A stretch of DNA of 64,000 bases from an uncultured Lachnospiraceae bacterium (GCA_947630125.1 CANRGO010000002.1:6829-70828); one strand, 5' to 3'. Counted from the first letter of the stretch, positions 1 to 9,575 are shown. The notes: generated by a model not told the origin, from the letters alone. Numbers and translations: made by a program.

Positions 1-2
1 AT

Positions 3-707
3 GCACAGGAAGTTAAAACAAAACTCTTAACCAATTCAAACTTAGAGCTGGATTTTAAAGCAAAACTGGAAGCAATTGCGAAACAGCAAGAAGTAGTAGA
101 TAAGCTTATGAAAGATAATGTGGATGGACAGATAACAGCACCTGTTGCTGGAACGATTACCAGTGTGAACTTTGTGGCTGGACAGACAACAACACCAGAG
201 GCCGTAATGGCAGTTATTCAAATGTCTGATAAGGGATATACTCTGGAGTTCTCGGTAACCAATGAACAGGCAAAAAAAGTATCCATTGGTGATCCTGGCG
301 AGCTTGTAAATGCATGGTATTATTATGATTTAAAAGCAACACTTTCTGCAATTAAACCAGATCCAAATAACCCTGGTAAAAATAAAATTCTAAGCTTTGA
401 TGTTACTGGCGAAGTGACCGCGGGTCAATCCCTAACACTATCCGTCGGTGAAAAAAGTGCGAATTATGATTTGATTGTTCCGAATTCGGCAATCAGAGAA
501 GACAACAATGGAAAATTTGTTTTAATCGTGGAGTCAAAGAGTAGTCCTCTTGGTAATCGTTATGTGGCGACCAGAGTTGATGTGGAAGTATTGGCATCCG
601 ATGATACACAAACAGCAATTTCAGCGGCTCTATACGGTTATGAGTATGTAATTACCACTTCAACCAAGCCTGTAGAAGCGGGGAAATTGGTTCGACTGGC
701 TGAATAA
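3..707 (+). CDS. Efflux transporter periplasmic adaptor subunit (HlyD/MacA-like), C-terminal part; 5' end off-window
   Basis: Frame is open from base 3 (no stop upstream of the listed ATG at 108). Motifs APVAGTITSVNFVAGQ and IVPNSAIREDNNGKFVLIVE are typical of HlyD-family adaptors. Confidence 0.6.
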   Translation, partial: AQEVKTKLLTNSNLELDFKAKLEAIAKQQEVVDKLMKDNVDGQITAPVAGTITSVNFVAGQTTTPEAVMAVIQMSDKGYTLEFSVTNEQAKKVSIGDPGELVNAWYYYDLKATLSAIKPDPNNPGKNKILSFDVTGEVTAGQSLTLSVGEKSANYDLIVPNSAIREDNNGKFVLIVESKSSPLGNRYVATRVDVEVLASDDTQTAISAALYGYEYVITTSTKPVEAGKLVRLAE

Positions 708-763
708 AGAAATGGTTCTGTAGCTGATTGCATTAAATCGGCTACAGACAGATTGGTGTGAGA

Positions 764-1834
764 ATGAGACAGTTTATTAATAATATAAAACTTAAACAAA
801 TAGTTTTCTTTGCGTTGGCAGTCTTATCCTTGCTGTTGTATTTTGGATTGACTTTCATAACCAATTTGCAGGAAAGTTCTTTATTGGAGCAAAGAATTGC
901 AAACGAATGGTCAAAAGAGGGAGATGCTGCCCAGATAAGTGCTTTTTTTACAGAAAAAGCAGGTGTTACTGTGGATAGTCTCACTGGCTTTGAAAGGCAG
1001 TTAGATAGTGCCTTATTGCAAGATTCCATTGTTGCAACCAGTGAAAGTGCTAGATTGTATGCTTCCACTTATAGTGGAAAAGGTGAAGTCACAATTACCA
1101 GTCAAAAAGGAAACGTAACTGCAGATGCAATCGGTGTGGCAGGAGATTTCTTTCTGTTTCATCCTTTGAAATTAGTAAGTGGCTCCTATTTTAATAGTTC
1201 AGAAATAACTGGCGACTATATTTTAATTGATGAAGAAGCTGCCTGGCAGTTATTTGGATCCAATGATATCGCAGGAAAACAAGTTATGATTGGACAGACC
1301 CCTCACTTTATTGCAGGGGTAATTGAACGAGATGATTCTGATTTATATCTAAAAGCAGGATTAAAGAAAACAACGGTTTATTTGTCCTATCACTCTTTAG
1401 AAACATATGGAACTACTAAGGGGATTGATTCCTATGAAATTGTAATGCCAAATCCTATTACGGGCTTTGCACTCAAAACAGTGAAGGAAAAGATTGGGGT
1501 AGCAGAAACAGAAGTATATCTTGTGGAGAATTCCAATCGATATTCTCTATTGTCACTGGCAAAAATATATCTAGAATCTTCCTATCGCTCTATGGGAATA
1601 ACAGGTGTAGTATTTCCTTATTGGGAAAACATAGCGAGATATTATGAGGATAAATTCGTTACAATGCTGGTTTTTCGAATTTTACTATTAATTTATCCAA
1701 TCATATATACCATTGTATTTTTAGTAAAAAAATGGAAAAATAGAAAATGGAAGTGGAGACAAATTCCAGGACTATTGAAAAATGCAGTTGTTTGGATAAA
1801 CAGAAATAAGATAAAGGAGGATTTAGATTTATGA
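764..1834 (+). CDS. Membrane protein with MacB-like extracytoplasmic core domain (ABC-permease-related; only 2 predicted TM helices, no complete FtsX domain)
   Basis: N-terminal TM (IVFFALAVLSLLLYFGLTFI), large soluble domain, one C-terminal TM. ATG at 764 (GTG 758 alternative). Its stop overlaps the next start (ATGA at 1831-1834). Confidence 0.5.
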   Translation: MRQFINNIKLKQIVFFALAVLSLLLYFGLTFITNLQESSLLEQRIANEWSKEGDAAQISAFFTEKAGVTVDSLTGFERQLDSALLQDSIVATSESARLYASTYSGKGEVTITSQKGNVTADAIGVAGDFFLFHPLKLVSGSYFNSSEITGDYILIDEEAAWQLFGSNDIAGKQVMIGQTPHFIAGVIERDDSDLYLKAGLKKTTVYLSYHSLETYGTTKGIDSYEIVMPNPITGFALKTVKEKIGVAETEVYLVENSNRYSLLSLAKIYLESSYRSMGITGVVFPYWENIARYYEDKFVTMLVFRILLLIYPIIYTIVFLVKKWKNRKWKWRQIPGLLKNAVVWINRNKIKEDLDL

Positions 1835-4095
1835 TACAAAATAAAAAGATAAATAAATTAATCACATTATTGCTTGTATTTATAATGGGAATCTCGCTTG
1901 CTGCCTGTGGAAAAAACGATGCAGTAAGTGAAGAGGCTAAGAAAGCTTCGAAAGAATTTGTATATCGAGGCGAAGTCTTGAATTTTGATGTAGCCGCAGA
2001 GAATATTTCAAGAACATTTTCTGCAAACAATAGAATTTACTTTCATACGACTCTTTATACTGATACTGGAGTGACCAATGAAATCGTTTCCTTTGATTTT
2101 GATGGTAGCAATAAACAGACCATTCCGCTTGTTTTTAGTGGTAATTCCTATGCCAATGGATTTGGTGTGGACAATGATGGCAATGTATATGCATTAGTCA
2201 GTGAATATATTGAGGATACAACAGATCCTGAAAACTATATTTACAAAGAGAATTATTTTTTAATTAAATATAGTGGAACTGGGGAAGAGTTGTGGCGTGT
2301 TGATCTGGCTGCCCTTAATACAACAGAAGAATATTTTTATGTGAATAACCTGTTGGTTTCAGGGGACAAGATGATCGTGGTATCTTCTTTGGGAATGTTT
2401 ATTTTTGACAAAGATTCCAATATGGTTCAAAAATTAGAAAATGCTGATGGAAACATGGGGAATATCTATACCTTAAAAGACGGAAAAGTTATGGTGAGCG
2501 AATATTCAGAAACAGGCGAAACCTTCCGTGAGTTGGATTTAAATACTGGTAAAACCAGTGAAGAACCAATTAAAATTCCTGGGATGAACTATAATTACTC
2601 TTATTATCAAGGCTATAGCCATGATTTATATTTAGCAGACGGCTATGGAGTTTATGGCTTTAATTTTGGGGATACAGAATTAACGAAACTTATGAGTTTT
2701 ATAGATTCAGATATTGATACCTCCTATTTAAATAACATAATTGGACTGAGTGATACAGAGTTTATTGCTTCTTATAATGATAATCTTACCTATGAAACAA
2801 TTTTTATGAAATTTACCAAAGTACCCCCAGAGGAAGTGGTAGATAAAGATGTGATTACCATTGCCTGCTATTATTTGGATTATACAGTTCGATCCAGAGT
2901 GGTAGAATTTAACAAGACAAATCCTGATTATCGTATTTCAATTACGGATTATTCTACCTTTGATACCATGGATGATTATACAGCAGGAATCACGAAATTA
3001 AATGCTGATATAGCAGCGGGAAATGTTCCGGACATTATGGTTATCAACAATCAGCTTCCGGTTAACAGTTATATTGAAAAAGGACTTTTTGAAGATTTAA
3101 ACCCATACATTGAAAAGGATGAAGAATTAGATGAAAATGATTATTTTGCTAATATCCTAGATGCTTTTTCTACAGATGGAAAGATGTATCAGTTAGTGCC
3201 TTCCTTTAATGTTTTATCTGTGGTTGGAAAAACAGCGGATGTTGGTGCGACACCAGGTTGGACCTTAGAGGACTTAAACAAACTAGTAGCAAGTAAAGGA
3301 CCTGATGTGGTTACATTCTCAGAAGTAACCCGTATGAGTATGCTTTATAATTCCATTCAACTGTCTAGCAGCCAGTTTATTAACTGGCAGACTGGGGAGT
3401 GCACCTTTAACACAAAGGGATTTACTGATTTGCTAGAATATTTAAAAGATTTTCCAGAAGAAATTGATTATGCGATTTATGAAAGAGAAGGTTACTGGGA
3501 AAACTATGAAACCATGTACCGAGAAGGCAGAGCTCTTCTTGCTGTTACTTATTTAAGTGATTTTGCAACATTTAATTATCAGAAAAAAGGAAATTTTGGG
3601 GAAGATATCACCTTTATTGGATTCCCAGCAGAAAATAAAAATGGCTCTGCAATTAATTATAGTTTAAACTTTGCTTTATCAGCAAAATCAAAACATAAAG
3701 ATGCAGCCTGGGATTTTATACGTTATTACTTAACGGATGAATATCAGGAAACCATAACTTATAATTTCCCAATCAGCAAAGAACATGTTGCGAAATTGGC
3801 AGAAACTGCAAAACAGAAACCTTTTTATCTTGATGAAAATGGAAACAAAGTGGAATATGATCAAACTTATTACCTGAATGGTGTTGAGATTGTGATTGAT
3901 CCTATCACAGATGCGGAAATTGAACAGGTAATGAATTTGCTGGAATCTGTAAATCAAGTAGTTGCATATGATGAAAGTTTAATTAATATTATTACAGAAG
4001 AAGCTGAATCCTTCTTCTCGGGTCAAAAATCTGCAGCGGATGTTGCTGCGATTATTCAAAGTCGTGTTCAAATTTACGTAAGTGAAAATTTATAA
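1831..4095 (+). CDS. Large lipoprotein: N-terminal beta-rich domain fused to extracellular solute-binding-protein-like C-terminal domain
   Basis: RBS AAGGAGG. Signal peptide with lipobox LAAC-G. The C-terminal half resembles family-1 sugar SBPs (..AAGNVPDIMVINN.., ..FIGFPAENKNGSA..). Confidence 0.6.
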   Translation: MIQNKKINKLITLLLVFIMGISLAACGKNDAVSEEAKKASKEFVYRGEVLNFDVAAENISRTFSANNRIYFHTTLYTDTGVTNEIVSFDFDGSNKQTIPLVFSGNSYANGFGVDNDGNVYALVSEYIEDTTDPENYIYKENYFLIKYSGTGEELWRVDLAALNTTEEYFYVNNLLVSGDKMIVVSSLGMFIFDKDSNMVQKLENADGNMGNIYTLKDGKVMVSEYSETGETFRELDLNTGKTSEEPIKIPGMNYNYSYYQGYSHDLYLADGYGVYGFNFGDTELTKLMSFIDSDIDTSYLNNIIGLSDTEFIASYNDNLTYETIFMKFTKVPPEEVVDKDVITIACYYLDYTVRSRVVEFNKTNPDYRISITDYSTFDTMDDYTAGITKLNADIAAGNVPDIMVINNQLPVNSYIEKGLFEDLNPYIEKDEELDENDYFANILDAFSTDGKMYQLVPSFNVLSVVGKTADVGATPGWTLEDLNKLVASKGPDVVTFSEVTRMSMLYNSIQLSSSQFINWQTGECTFNTKGFTDLLEYLKDFPEEIDYAIYEREGYWENYETMYREGRALLAVTYLSDFATFNYQKKGNFGEDITFIGFPAENKNGSAINYSLNFALSAKSKHKDAAWDFIRYYLTDEYQETITYNFPISKEHVAKLAETAKQKPFYLDENGNKVEYDQTYYLNGVEIVIDPITDAEIEQVMNLLESVNQVVAYDESLINIITEEAESFFSGQKSAADVAAIIQSRVQIYVSENL

Positions 4096-4105
4096 TTGCT
4101 TTATC

Positions 4106-4131
4106 AAAAAAAGACCCTCGGGTCTTTTTTT
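4106..4131 (+). terminator. Rho-independent terminator
   Basis: AAGACCC-TCG-GGGTCTT hairpin followed by a T-run, 11 nt after the stop. Confidence 0.8.
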
Positions 4132-4142
4132 GCTGTTTTTGC

Positions 4143-4170
4143 TAAAGTTGTTCTGTAGGTATGCCGATAT
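4143..4170 (+). promoter_or_regulatory. Sigma-D/FliA (sigma-28)-type promoter candidate
   Basis: TAAAGTTG ... GCCGATAT, i.e. TAAA-N16-GCCGATAT. The -10 octamer is identical to the Bacillus sigma-D consensus. It lies 34 nt upstream of the HAD gene that precedes the flagellin-like gene. Confidence 0.5.
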
Positions 4171-4203
4171 TATACTTACAAGAAATGAAATGGAGACATA
4201 ATA

Positions 4204-4821
4204 ATGGATGGAATTATATTTGATTTGGATGGAACTCTTTGGGATTCAAGAGAAGTTGTTGCAAAAGCTTGGAATAAGGCAATCAAAGAGCATTCAGATT
4301 TGAACATGACAGTTGATGTTCCTTTGCTAAGTACGTTGTTTGGAAAATCTATGAAAGAAATCAGTGATCAATTATTTCCTATGCTACCAGATGAAGAGAG
4401 AACAAAACTAGCAATTGCTTGCTATGAATATGAAAATGAACTATTGGAAACAGAACCAGGCGTTTTGTTTTCCGGAGTAAGAGAAACGTTAATAGAATTG
4501 TCTAAGGAATATCCCCTGTTTATTGTAAGTAATTGTCAATGTGGCTATATTGAAGTTTTTATGAAAGGCTGTCATCTTGAACATCTATTTACCGACTTTT
4601 TGTGCTTTGGAGATACTTCCATGCCAAAGGGATATAATATAAAAAAACTAATGGAAAAAAATGCTTTGCACGATGTTATTTATATAGGCGATACACAACA
4701 TGATGCAGATGCATGTATAGAAGCTGGTGTGCCATTTGTATTCGCTGCATATGGGTTTGGTAAGGTTCCAGATGCCACAAAAGTCATCACTACGTTTTCT
4801 GAAATAAACAAATTTCTTTAA
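4204..4821 (+). CDS. HAD-superfamily hydrolase (phosphoglycolate phosphatase-like)
   Basis: DLDGTLWDS motif I, SNC motif II, GDTQHDADA motif IV; RBS GGAGA. Confidence 0.8.
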   Translation: MDGIIFDLDGTLWDSREVVAKAWNKAIKEHSDLNMTVDVPLLSTLFGKSMKEISDQLFPMLPDEERTKLAIACYEYENELLETEPGVLFSGVRETLIELSKEYPLFIVSNCQCGYIEVFMKGCHLEHLFTDFLCFGDTSMPKGYNIKKLMEKNALHDVIYIGDTQHDADACIEAGVPFVFAAYGFGKVPDATKVITTFSEINKFL

Positions 4822-4941
4822 ATAGTCTGTAAATATTTGGTTTTAACTGTTTTCTGCCGGACTGTCTTGTAATTTGGCAGTTTTAGGAATATAATAAAAG
4901 AACAATAGGTGGATTTTAGTTTTAGACAAGGAGGTCACAAG

Positions 4942-5709
4942 ATGAGTACAATTTCGGGTGTTAGTAGTAATGTTGGTTCGAGTATGGACTATGGAACAAT
5001 TGCTTCTGGGAAGAGAATAAATTCTGCAGTAGATGATGCGGCAGGTTTAAGTATTGTAAATAAACTGGAAAGCCAGACAAACGGCTTGAATGCAGGTACA
5101 ACCAATGCAGAATCAGGGAAAAATGCTTTGAATGTTGCTGATGGTGCACTTGGAGGAATTCAGGATTATTTGCAAAAAATCAGAGAAATAAGTGTAAAAG
5201 CAATGAATGGTACCAATAGTGCATCAGATTTGAAAGCCATGCAAAAAGAAGTTGGCAGTTATCTTGCAGGAATTGAAGATTTGGCAAGAGGAACTGAATA
5301 CAATACAAAGAAGTTATTAGATGGAAGTATGGCAGATATGAACATTGCAACCAATCCGGACGGTAGTGGTATGAAGATTGCTATGGCAAATTCAACCTTA
5401 GAATCCCTGGGTATTGATGGTTATGATGTTACAAAGAAATTTGATATTGGAAAAATTGATGATGCAATCAGTAAAGTATCCGAATCAAGAAGTGGCATTG
5501 GTGCTTCTTATAATGCACTTGATTATGCATCGGCATATAATACTAATTCTGCCCTTCAACAAACAAGTGCACAAAGTAAGATGGAAGATTTGGATATGCC
5601 AAAGGCTATTAGTGAACAAAGAAAGAATGAAGTTTTAGAAGAATATCGTAATGCAATGCTTAAAAAGCAAATGGATGAAGAATCGCTAGTTACAAAACTT
5701 TTACAGTAA
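4942..5709 (+). CDS. Short, divergent flagellin-family protein (255 aa)
   Basis: Start moved to the ATG at 4942 behind AAGGAGG. N-domain signature SGKRINSAVDDAAGLSI..NAESGKNALNVADGAL. C-domain pattern SRSGIGASYNAL..SKMEDLDM.. Confidence 0.75.
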   Translation: MSTISGVSSNVGSSMDYGTIASGKRINSAVDDAAGLSIVNKLESQTNGLNAGTTNAESGKNALNVADGALGGIQDYLQKIREISVKAMNGTNSASDLKAMQKEVGSYLAGIEDLARGTEYNTKKLLDGSMADMNIATNPDGSGMKIAMANSTLESLGIDGYDVTKKFDIGKIDDAISKVSESRSGIGASYNALDYASAYNTNSALQQTSAQSKMEDLDMPKAISEQRKNEVLEEYRNAMLKKQMDEESLVTKLLQ

Positions 5710-5741
5710 AAACATAAAGAGAATTACAAAGATAGAATTGG

Positions 5742-5766
5742 GGCTGTGTTTACACAGCCTCTTTCT
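5742..5766 (+). terminator. Probable terminator after flagellin-like gene
   Basis: GGCTGTG-TTTA-CACAGCC hairpin followed by TCTTTCT (weak T-run). Confidence 0.45.
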
Positions 5767-5788
5767 GAAGAGATGAGAGGGTAATTTC

Positions 5789-6283
5789 ATGGAGAGTTTT
5801 AGTATCGTTTACTTGATTGCAATAATTATTGGAGTTGTTAAGCTGTTCGCGAAATTTGGTGGGGATAAACAAAAGAAAGAGAAAACCCATCAAGAAGTAA
5901 AGATACCTCAAGTTCAAAGAATGTCCACGATGCCTACGAGCGAAATAAAAGCACCACAAGTAAATCAGAGTCAAAAGGCAAATACGACTCCGACTTATCA
6001 GCCACAGCTAAAATACGAACGTACAGAGAAACAAAGTACCATGGATTACCTAAATGAAAAATCCAAATTAGGTGCGAAAGAAAAGCTTATGGAAAATCAA
6101 CGTGTGGAAAATAAGAAACGCCAGGAGATTGGGAATAAGCGTATAGGTGAAAGACTATACTTGGGCGATCCAATACCAAATGGAAAAATAGTCGTAAAGT
6201 GTTCCTATTGTGGTGCAGACAATTTGCTACCCCAGGAAGCCAGAGAGCCATACCTCTGTTATTTTTGCAGAGAAGTATTATAA
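5789..6283 (+). CDS. Hypothetical membrane-anchored protein with C-terminal zinc-ribbon (CxxC..CxxC)
   Basis: N-terminal TM (IVYLIAIIIGVVKLF), low-complexity basic middle, C-terminal CSYCGADN...CYFC. Confidence 0.55.
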   Translation: MESFSIVYLIAIIIGVVKLFAKFGGDKQKKEKTHQEVKIPQVQRMSTMPTSEIKAPQVNQSQKANTTPTYQPQLKYERTEKQSTMDYLNEKSKLGAKEKLMENQRVENKKRQEIGNKRIGERLYLGDPIPNGKIVVKCSYCGADNLLPQEAREPYLCYFCREVL

Positions 6284-6321
6284 TTAGATAAATGAAATAG
6301 CAGAAAGGGAATATTGTAATC

Positions 6322-6768
6322 ATGAATAAAATTGAATTAATCAGAACAGAAATGGTAGCAGCTATGAAAAATAAAGATAAGGAGAGAAAAGATACTTTAT
6401 CCATGCTATTATCTTCCTTGAAAAATAAAGCGATTGATAAAAGAGCAGACTTGACTGAAGATGAAGAAAATGAAGTGATTAAAAAAGAAATAAAGCAAAC
6501 AAAGGAAACACTGGAAACATCACCAGCAGACAGAGTAGATATCATTGAACAGTGTAAGATAAGAATTCAAATATTAAGTGAGTTTGCGCCAGAGGAGATG
6601 AGTGAAAATCAGATTCGTGGAGTAATTACAGAGATCTTAACTCAAATGGGTATTGATAACCCATCAGCTAAAGATAAAGGTAAATTAATGAAAGAGTTAA
6701 TGCCAAAAGTGAAGGGCAAGGCAGATGGTAGTCTTGTAAATCAGATTGTTAGTGAGATATTACAATAG
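6322..6768 (+). CDS. yqeY: GatB/YqeY domain-containing protein
   Basis: 148 aa; the N-terminal pattern ..AMKNKDKERKDTLSMLLSSLKNKAID.. and the size are typical of YqeY. Confidence 0.8.
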   Translation: MNKIELIRTEMVAAMKNKDKERKDTLSMLLSSLKNKAIDKRADLTEDEENEVIKKEIKQTKETLETSPADRVDIIEQCKIRIQILSEFAPEEMSENQIRGVITEILTQMGIDNPSAKDKGKLMKELMPKVKGKADGSLVNQIVSEILQ

Positions 6769-7140
6769 AACAAGTGATTTCGTGGGAAAGAATGAAGGTA
6801 AAATTACGTTTATTCTTTTTGTTTTTTGAATTAGTATAATGACTATACGAAAACGATATCATAAAAAACGAGCATTTACTTAAAAAAAGACTAATATTAT
6901 CATAAAAAACAACCAAAAATGAATGCAAAAATTTGGTTAAAACAGAAAAAAGGGTAATGTAGAACAAAAAATGATAAAATTAACTTGAAAAAAATAGGCA
7001 AAAGATATATATTGAAATTACGAAAACGATTAAGAAATAATCCGATTCGAAAATGTATGGTATTATTATTCAACTTGTACACTAAAGTTGAATTTTAATA
7101 TAAAAATGTAACTAAATTAATTAGTTTTGGGAGGAAAAGT

Positions 7141-8532
7141 ATGAAAAGAAAGTTACTTAGCGTACTACTTGCAACAGCAATGGTAGCAACATTAATGGTT
7201 GGCTGTGGAAAAACAGAAACAGAAACAACCGAAACAGAAACAACTGAAACAGAAACAGAAGTAGCAGAAACAGAGACAGAAGCTGCAGGTTATGCAGGAG
7301 AATTAAGCATTATGCATTTCTCAACTTCAGAAGAATCACAGGGAAATGGTGGATCTGATGGATTCCGTACCATGTTATCACAGTGGCAGGCAGCAAATCC
7401 AGACATCACATTAACAGAAGAAGTTCTTGCTAACGCAGAATACAAAACACAGATAGCTACTTATGCAGCAGCTGGTGATTTACCAGACGTTTTCTTACTT
7501 CAGGGTATGAATACAAAAACTTGGGCAGCACAGGGATTAATTCTTGACTTAACAGATGCAGTAAACAGTTCTCCATATGCAGCTGATTACAACAAAGCTT
7601 ACTTAACACCATTTATGGATGGAGATACAATTTACGGATATCCTGCTTTAACAGGTGGAACATGTACCGTAGTTGTATATGACTCAGCTAAATGGGCAGA
7701 AGCTGGATTTGATACATTCCCAACAACTTGGGCAGACGTAGAAGCAGCTAGTGCATACTTTGATGAACAAGGTGTTGATACCATCGCTTTTGGTAATGGT
7801 GGTGGATGGCAGGCAAATTCTTGCTTTATCTCTACACTTGGTAACAGATACACAGGAAAAGAATGGTATCAGTCTATGATCGACAAAGCTGGCGCTTCTT
7901 TTGAAGATGCTGAATTTGTTGCAGCGTTAGCTGAAACACAACGTTTATTTACATCAACAAGTATTTTCAATGAAGACTTCAATGCAATTACCAATGAAGA
8001 TGCTCGTGAATACTATATTTCAGGAGATGCAGCTGCTTTCATCGGCGGAAACTGGGATGTTTCTTACATCCAGTCTACACTTTCTGGAACAGATCTTTAC
8101 AATACTACCAAATTTGCAGTGCTTCCACAGCCAGCTGATGCTACAAAAGATCCTAACAGCCAGAACATTGGTTTAGGATATGCAGTTGCAGTTAGTACTG
8201 AAGTAGCAAATGATCCTGCAAAACTTGCTGCAGCTATTGACCTTGCTCAGTACTTAACAGGACCTGAATTCTCAACTTTCGTTGCTGAAAACTATGCACT
8301 TGGTGGATTTACTAACGTAGCAAATGTTGACCTTAGCGGATTTGATCAATGGACACAGGATTTCTACAACTGGTCATATGTTGATACAACAGCTTGTGAA
8401 ATCTATGATTCCTACTTAACAGGTGATGTTTGGGGATTATTCAACACTGATTTACAGACAATGATGAATGGTGGAATCACACCTGAAGATGTTGCAAAAC
8501 ATGCACAGGAAGCTTATCTTGCAAATTACTAA
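7141..8532 (+). CDS. Sugar ABC transporter substrate-binding lipoprotein
   Basis: RBS GGGAGG, lipobox MVGC-G, Thr/Glu linker, family-1 SBP-like body. Followed by two permease genes. Confidence 0.85.
   Translation: MKRKLLSVLLATAMVATLMVGCGKTETETTETETTETETEVAETETEAAGYAGELSIMHFSTSEESQGNGGSDGFRTMLSQWQAANPDITLTEEVLANAEYKTQIATYAAAGDLPDVFLLQGMNTKTWAAQGLILDLTDAVNSSPYAADYNKAYLTPFMDGDTIYGYPALTGGTCTVVVYDSAKWAEAGFDTFPTTWADVEAASAYFDEQGVDTIAFGNGGGWQANSCFISTLGNRYTGKEWYQSMIDKAGASFEDAEFVAALAETQRLFTSTSIFNEDFNAITNEDAREYYISGDAAAFIGGNWDVSYIQSTLSGTDLYNTTKFAVLPQPADATKDPNSQNIGLGYAVAVSTEVANDPAKLAAAIDLAQYLTGPEFSTFVAENYALGGFTNVANVDLSGFDQWTQDFYNWSYVDTTACEIYDSYLTGDVWGLFNTDLQTMMNGGITPEDVAKHAQEAYLANY
7213..7281 (+). repeat. 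In-frame (ACAGAA)n-type tandem repeat encoding the TETETTETE.. linker
   Basis: Directly visible degenerate hexanucleotide repeats inside the SBP gene, after the lipobox. Confidence 0.9.
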
Positions 8533-8581
8533 GAATAACTAGTAAATTATAAGAAAACATGATATAAAAAAATAGAGAATT

Positions 8582-8615
8582 AGGCTGTCCTAACTTCACA
8601 ATCTTAGGACAGCTT
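8582..8615 (+). other. Intercistronic stem-loop between SBP and permease genes (attenuator / mRNA-stabilising hairpin)
   Basis: AGGCTGTCCTAA / TTAGGACAGCTT: 12-bp stem with one G-U and a 10-nt loop; only a weak T-tract follows. Confidence 0.5.
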
Positions 8616-8675
8616 AATTTTACTTAAAGCTTTTGTAGGTTATAAATTTTTGTAGAGAGACAAGGAGGCGTTAAC

Positions 8676-9572
8676 ATGCCAGAATCAATTCAACCCAAAA
8701 AAATAGTGATATTTGGTTACATGCTCGTTCCAATGACATTGTTTATATTTGCGGTATTTGTTCCGCTGGTTGCAGCAGGAGTATTTAGTTTTTTTGAGTG
8801 GAAAGGTGGCCCAAATAAAATCTTCATCGGTCTGGAAAACTACATAACGTTGATCAATGATGAGATTTTCTGGACAGCTTTCGGAAATAATATTTTTCTT
8901 GTGGTTGCATGTATTATTGGACAGATTGGTTTGGCATTTGTCTTTTCGTTAATGATATATTCAAGATTAGTGAAGTTTAAAAGTATTCATAGAACCTTTG
9001 GGTTTTTCCCGAGTACAGTTTCTGCAGTAGCAGTAGGTTTTATCTGGAGAATGGTATTTGATTACAAAAATGGTGTTATAAACTGGTTTTTAACAGCCAT
9101 AGGTCAAGAAGATCTGACAAGAGTTTGGCTGAACGATGAAAAAATAATTATGTTTGTAGTTGCAATCCCTTTAATATGGCAGTACATCGGATATTATATG
9201 ATAATAATCCTTTCCGCAATGAGTTCTGTATCACAGGAAATCTTTGAAGTTGCTGAATTGGATGGTGCAAATGGAATACAACGAGCGATTTATATTATCT
9301 TCCCTCTGATTAAAAATACATTATTGGTTTGTTTGACGCTTTGTATTGCGGGAAATATGAAAGCTTTTGATAATATTTATGTTATGACAAAAGGTGGTCC
9401 AGGTTATTCTTCAAATGTTATGGCAATGTATGCCTATAATATTTCCTTTGATAAATCAAATAACTTAGGATATGGTAGTGCAATTTCGGTTGGAATTTTT
9501 GTTTTAAGTTTATTGGTAATTGGTGGTTCACAGTTATTGATAAATAGAGCAACAAGAAGTAAGGAGGTTTAA
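8676..9572 (+). CDS. Sugar ABC transporter permease (MalF/UgpA-like)
   Basis: RBS AAGGAGG, six TM segments, EAA-type loop (EVAELDGANGIQRAIYIIFPL). Confidence 0.85.
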   Translation: MPESIQPKKIVIFGYMLVPMTLFIFAVFVPLVAAGVFSFFEWKGGPNKIFIGLENYITLINDEIFWTAFGNNIFLVVACIIGQIGLAFVFSLMIYSRLVKFKSIHRTFGFFPSTVSAVAVGFIWRMVFDYKNGVINWFLTAIGQEDLTRVWLNDEKIIMFVVAIPLIWQYIGYYMIIILSAMSSVSQEIFEVAELDGANGIQRAIYIIFPLIKNTLLVCLTLCIAGNMKAFDNIYVMTKGGPGYSSNVMAMYAYNISFDKSNNLGYGSAISVGIFVLSLLVIGGSQLLINRATRSKEV

Positions 9573-9575
9573 GAC

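Noticed and set aside
6087-7082. Minus-strand ORFs 6087..6545, 6749..6967 and 6900..7082
   Set aside because: They are antisense to well-supported genes or lie in an AT-rich leader. They have hydrophobic or low-complexity translations typical of AT-rich antisense frames, and no RBS.
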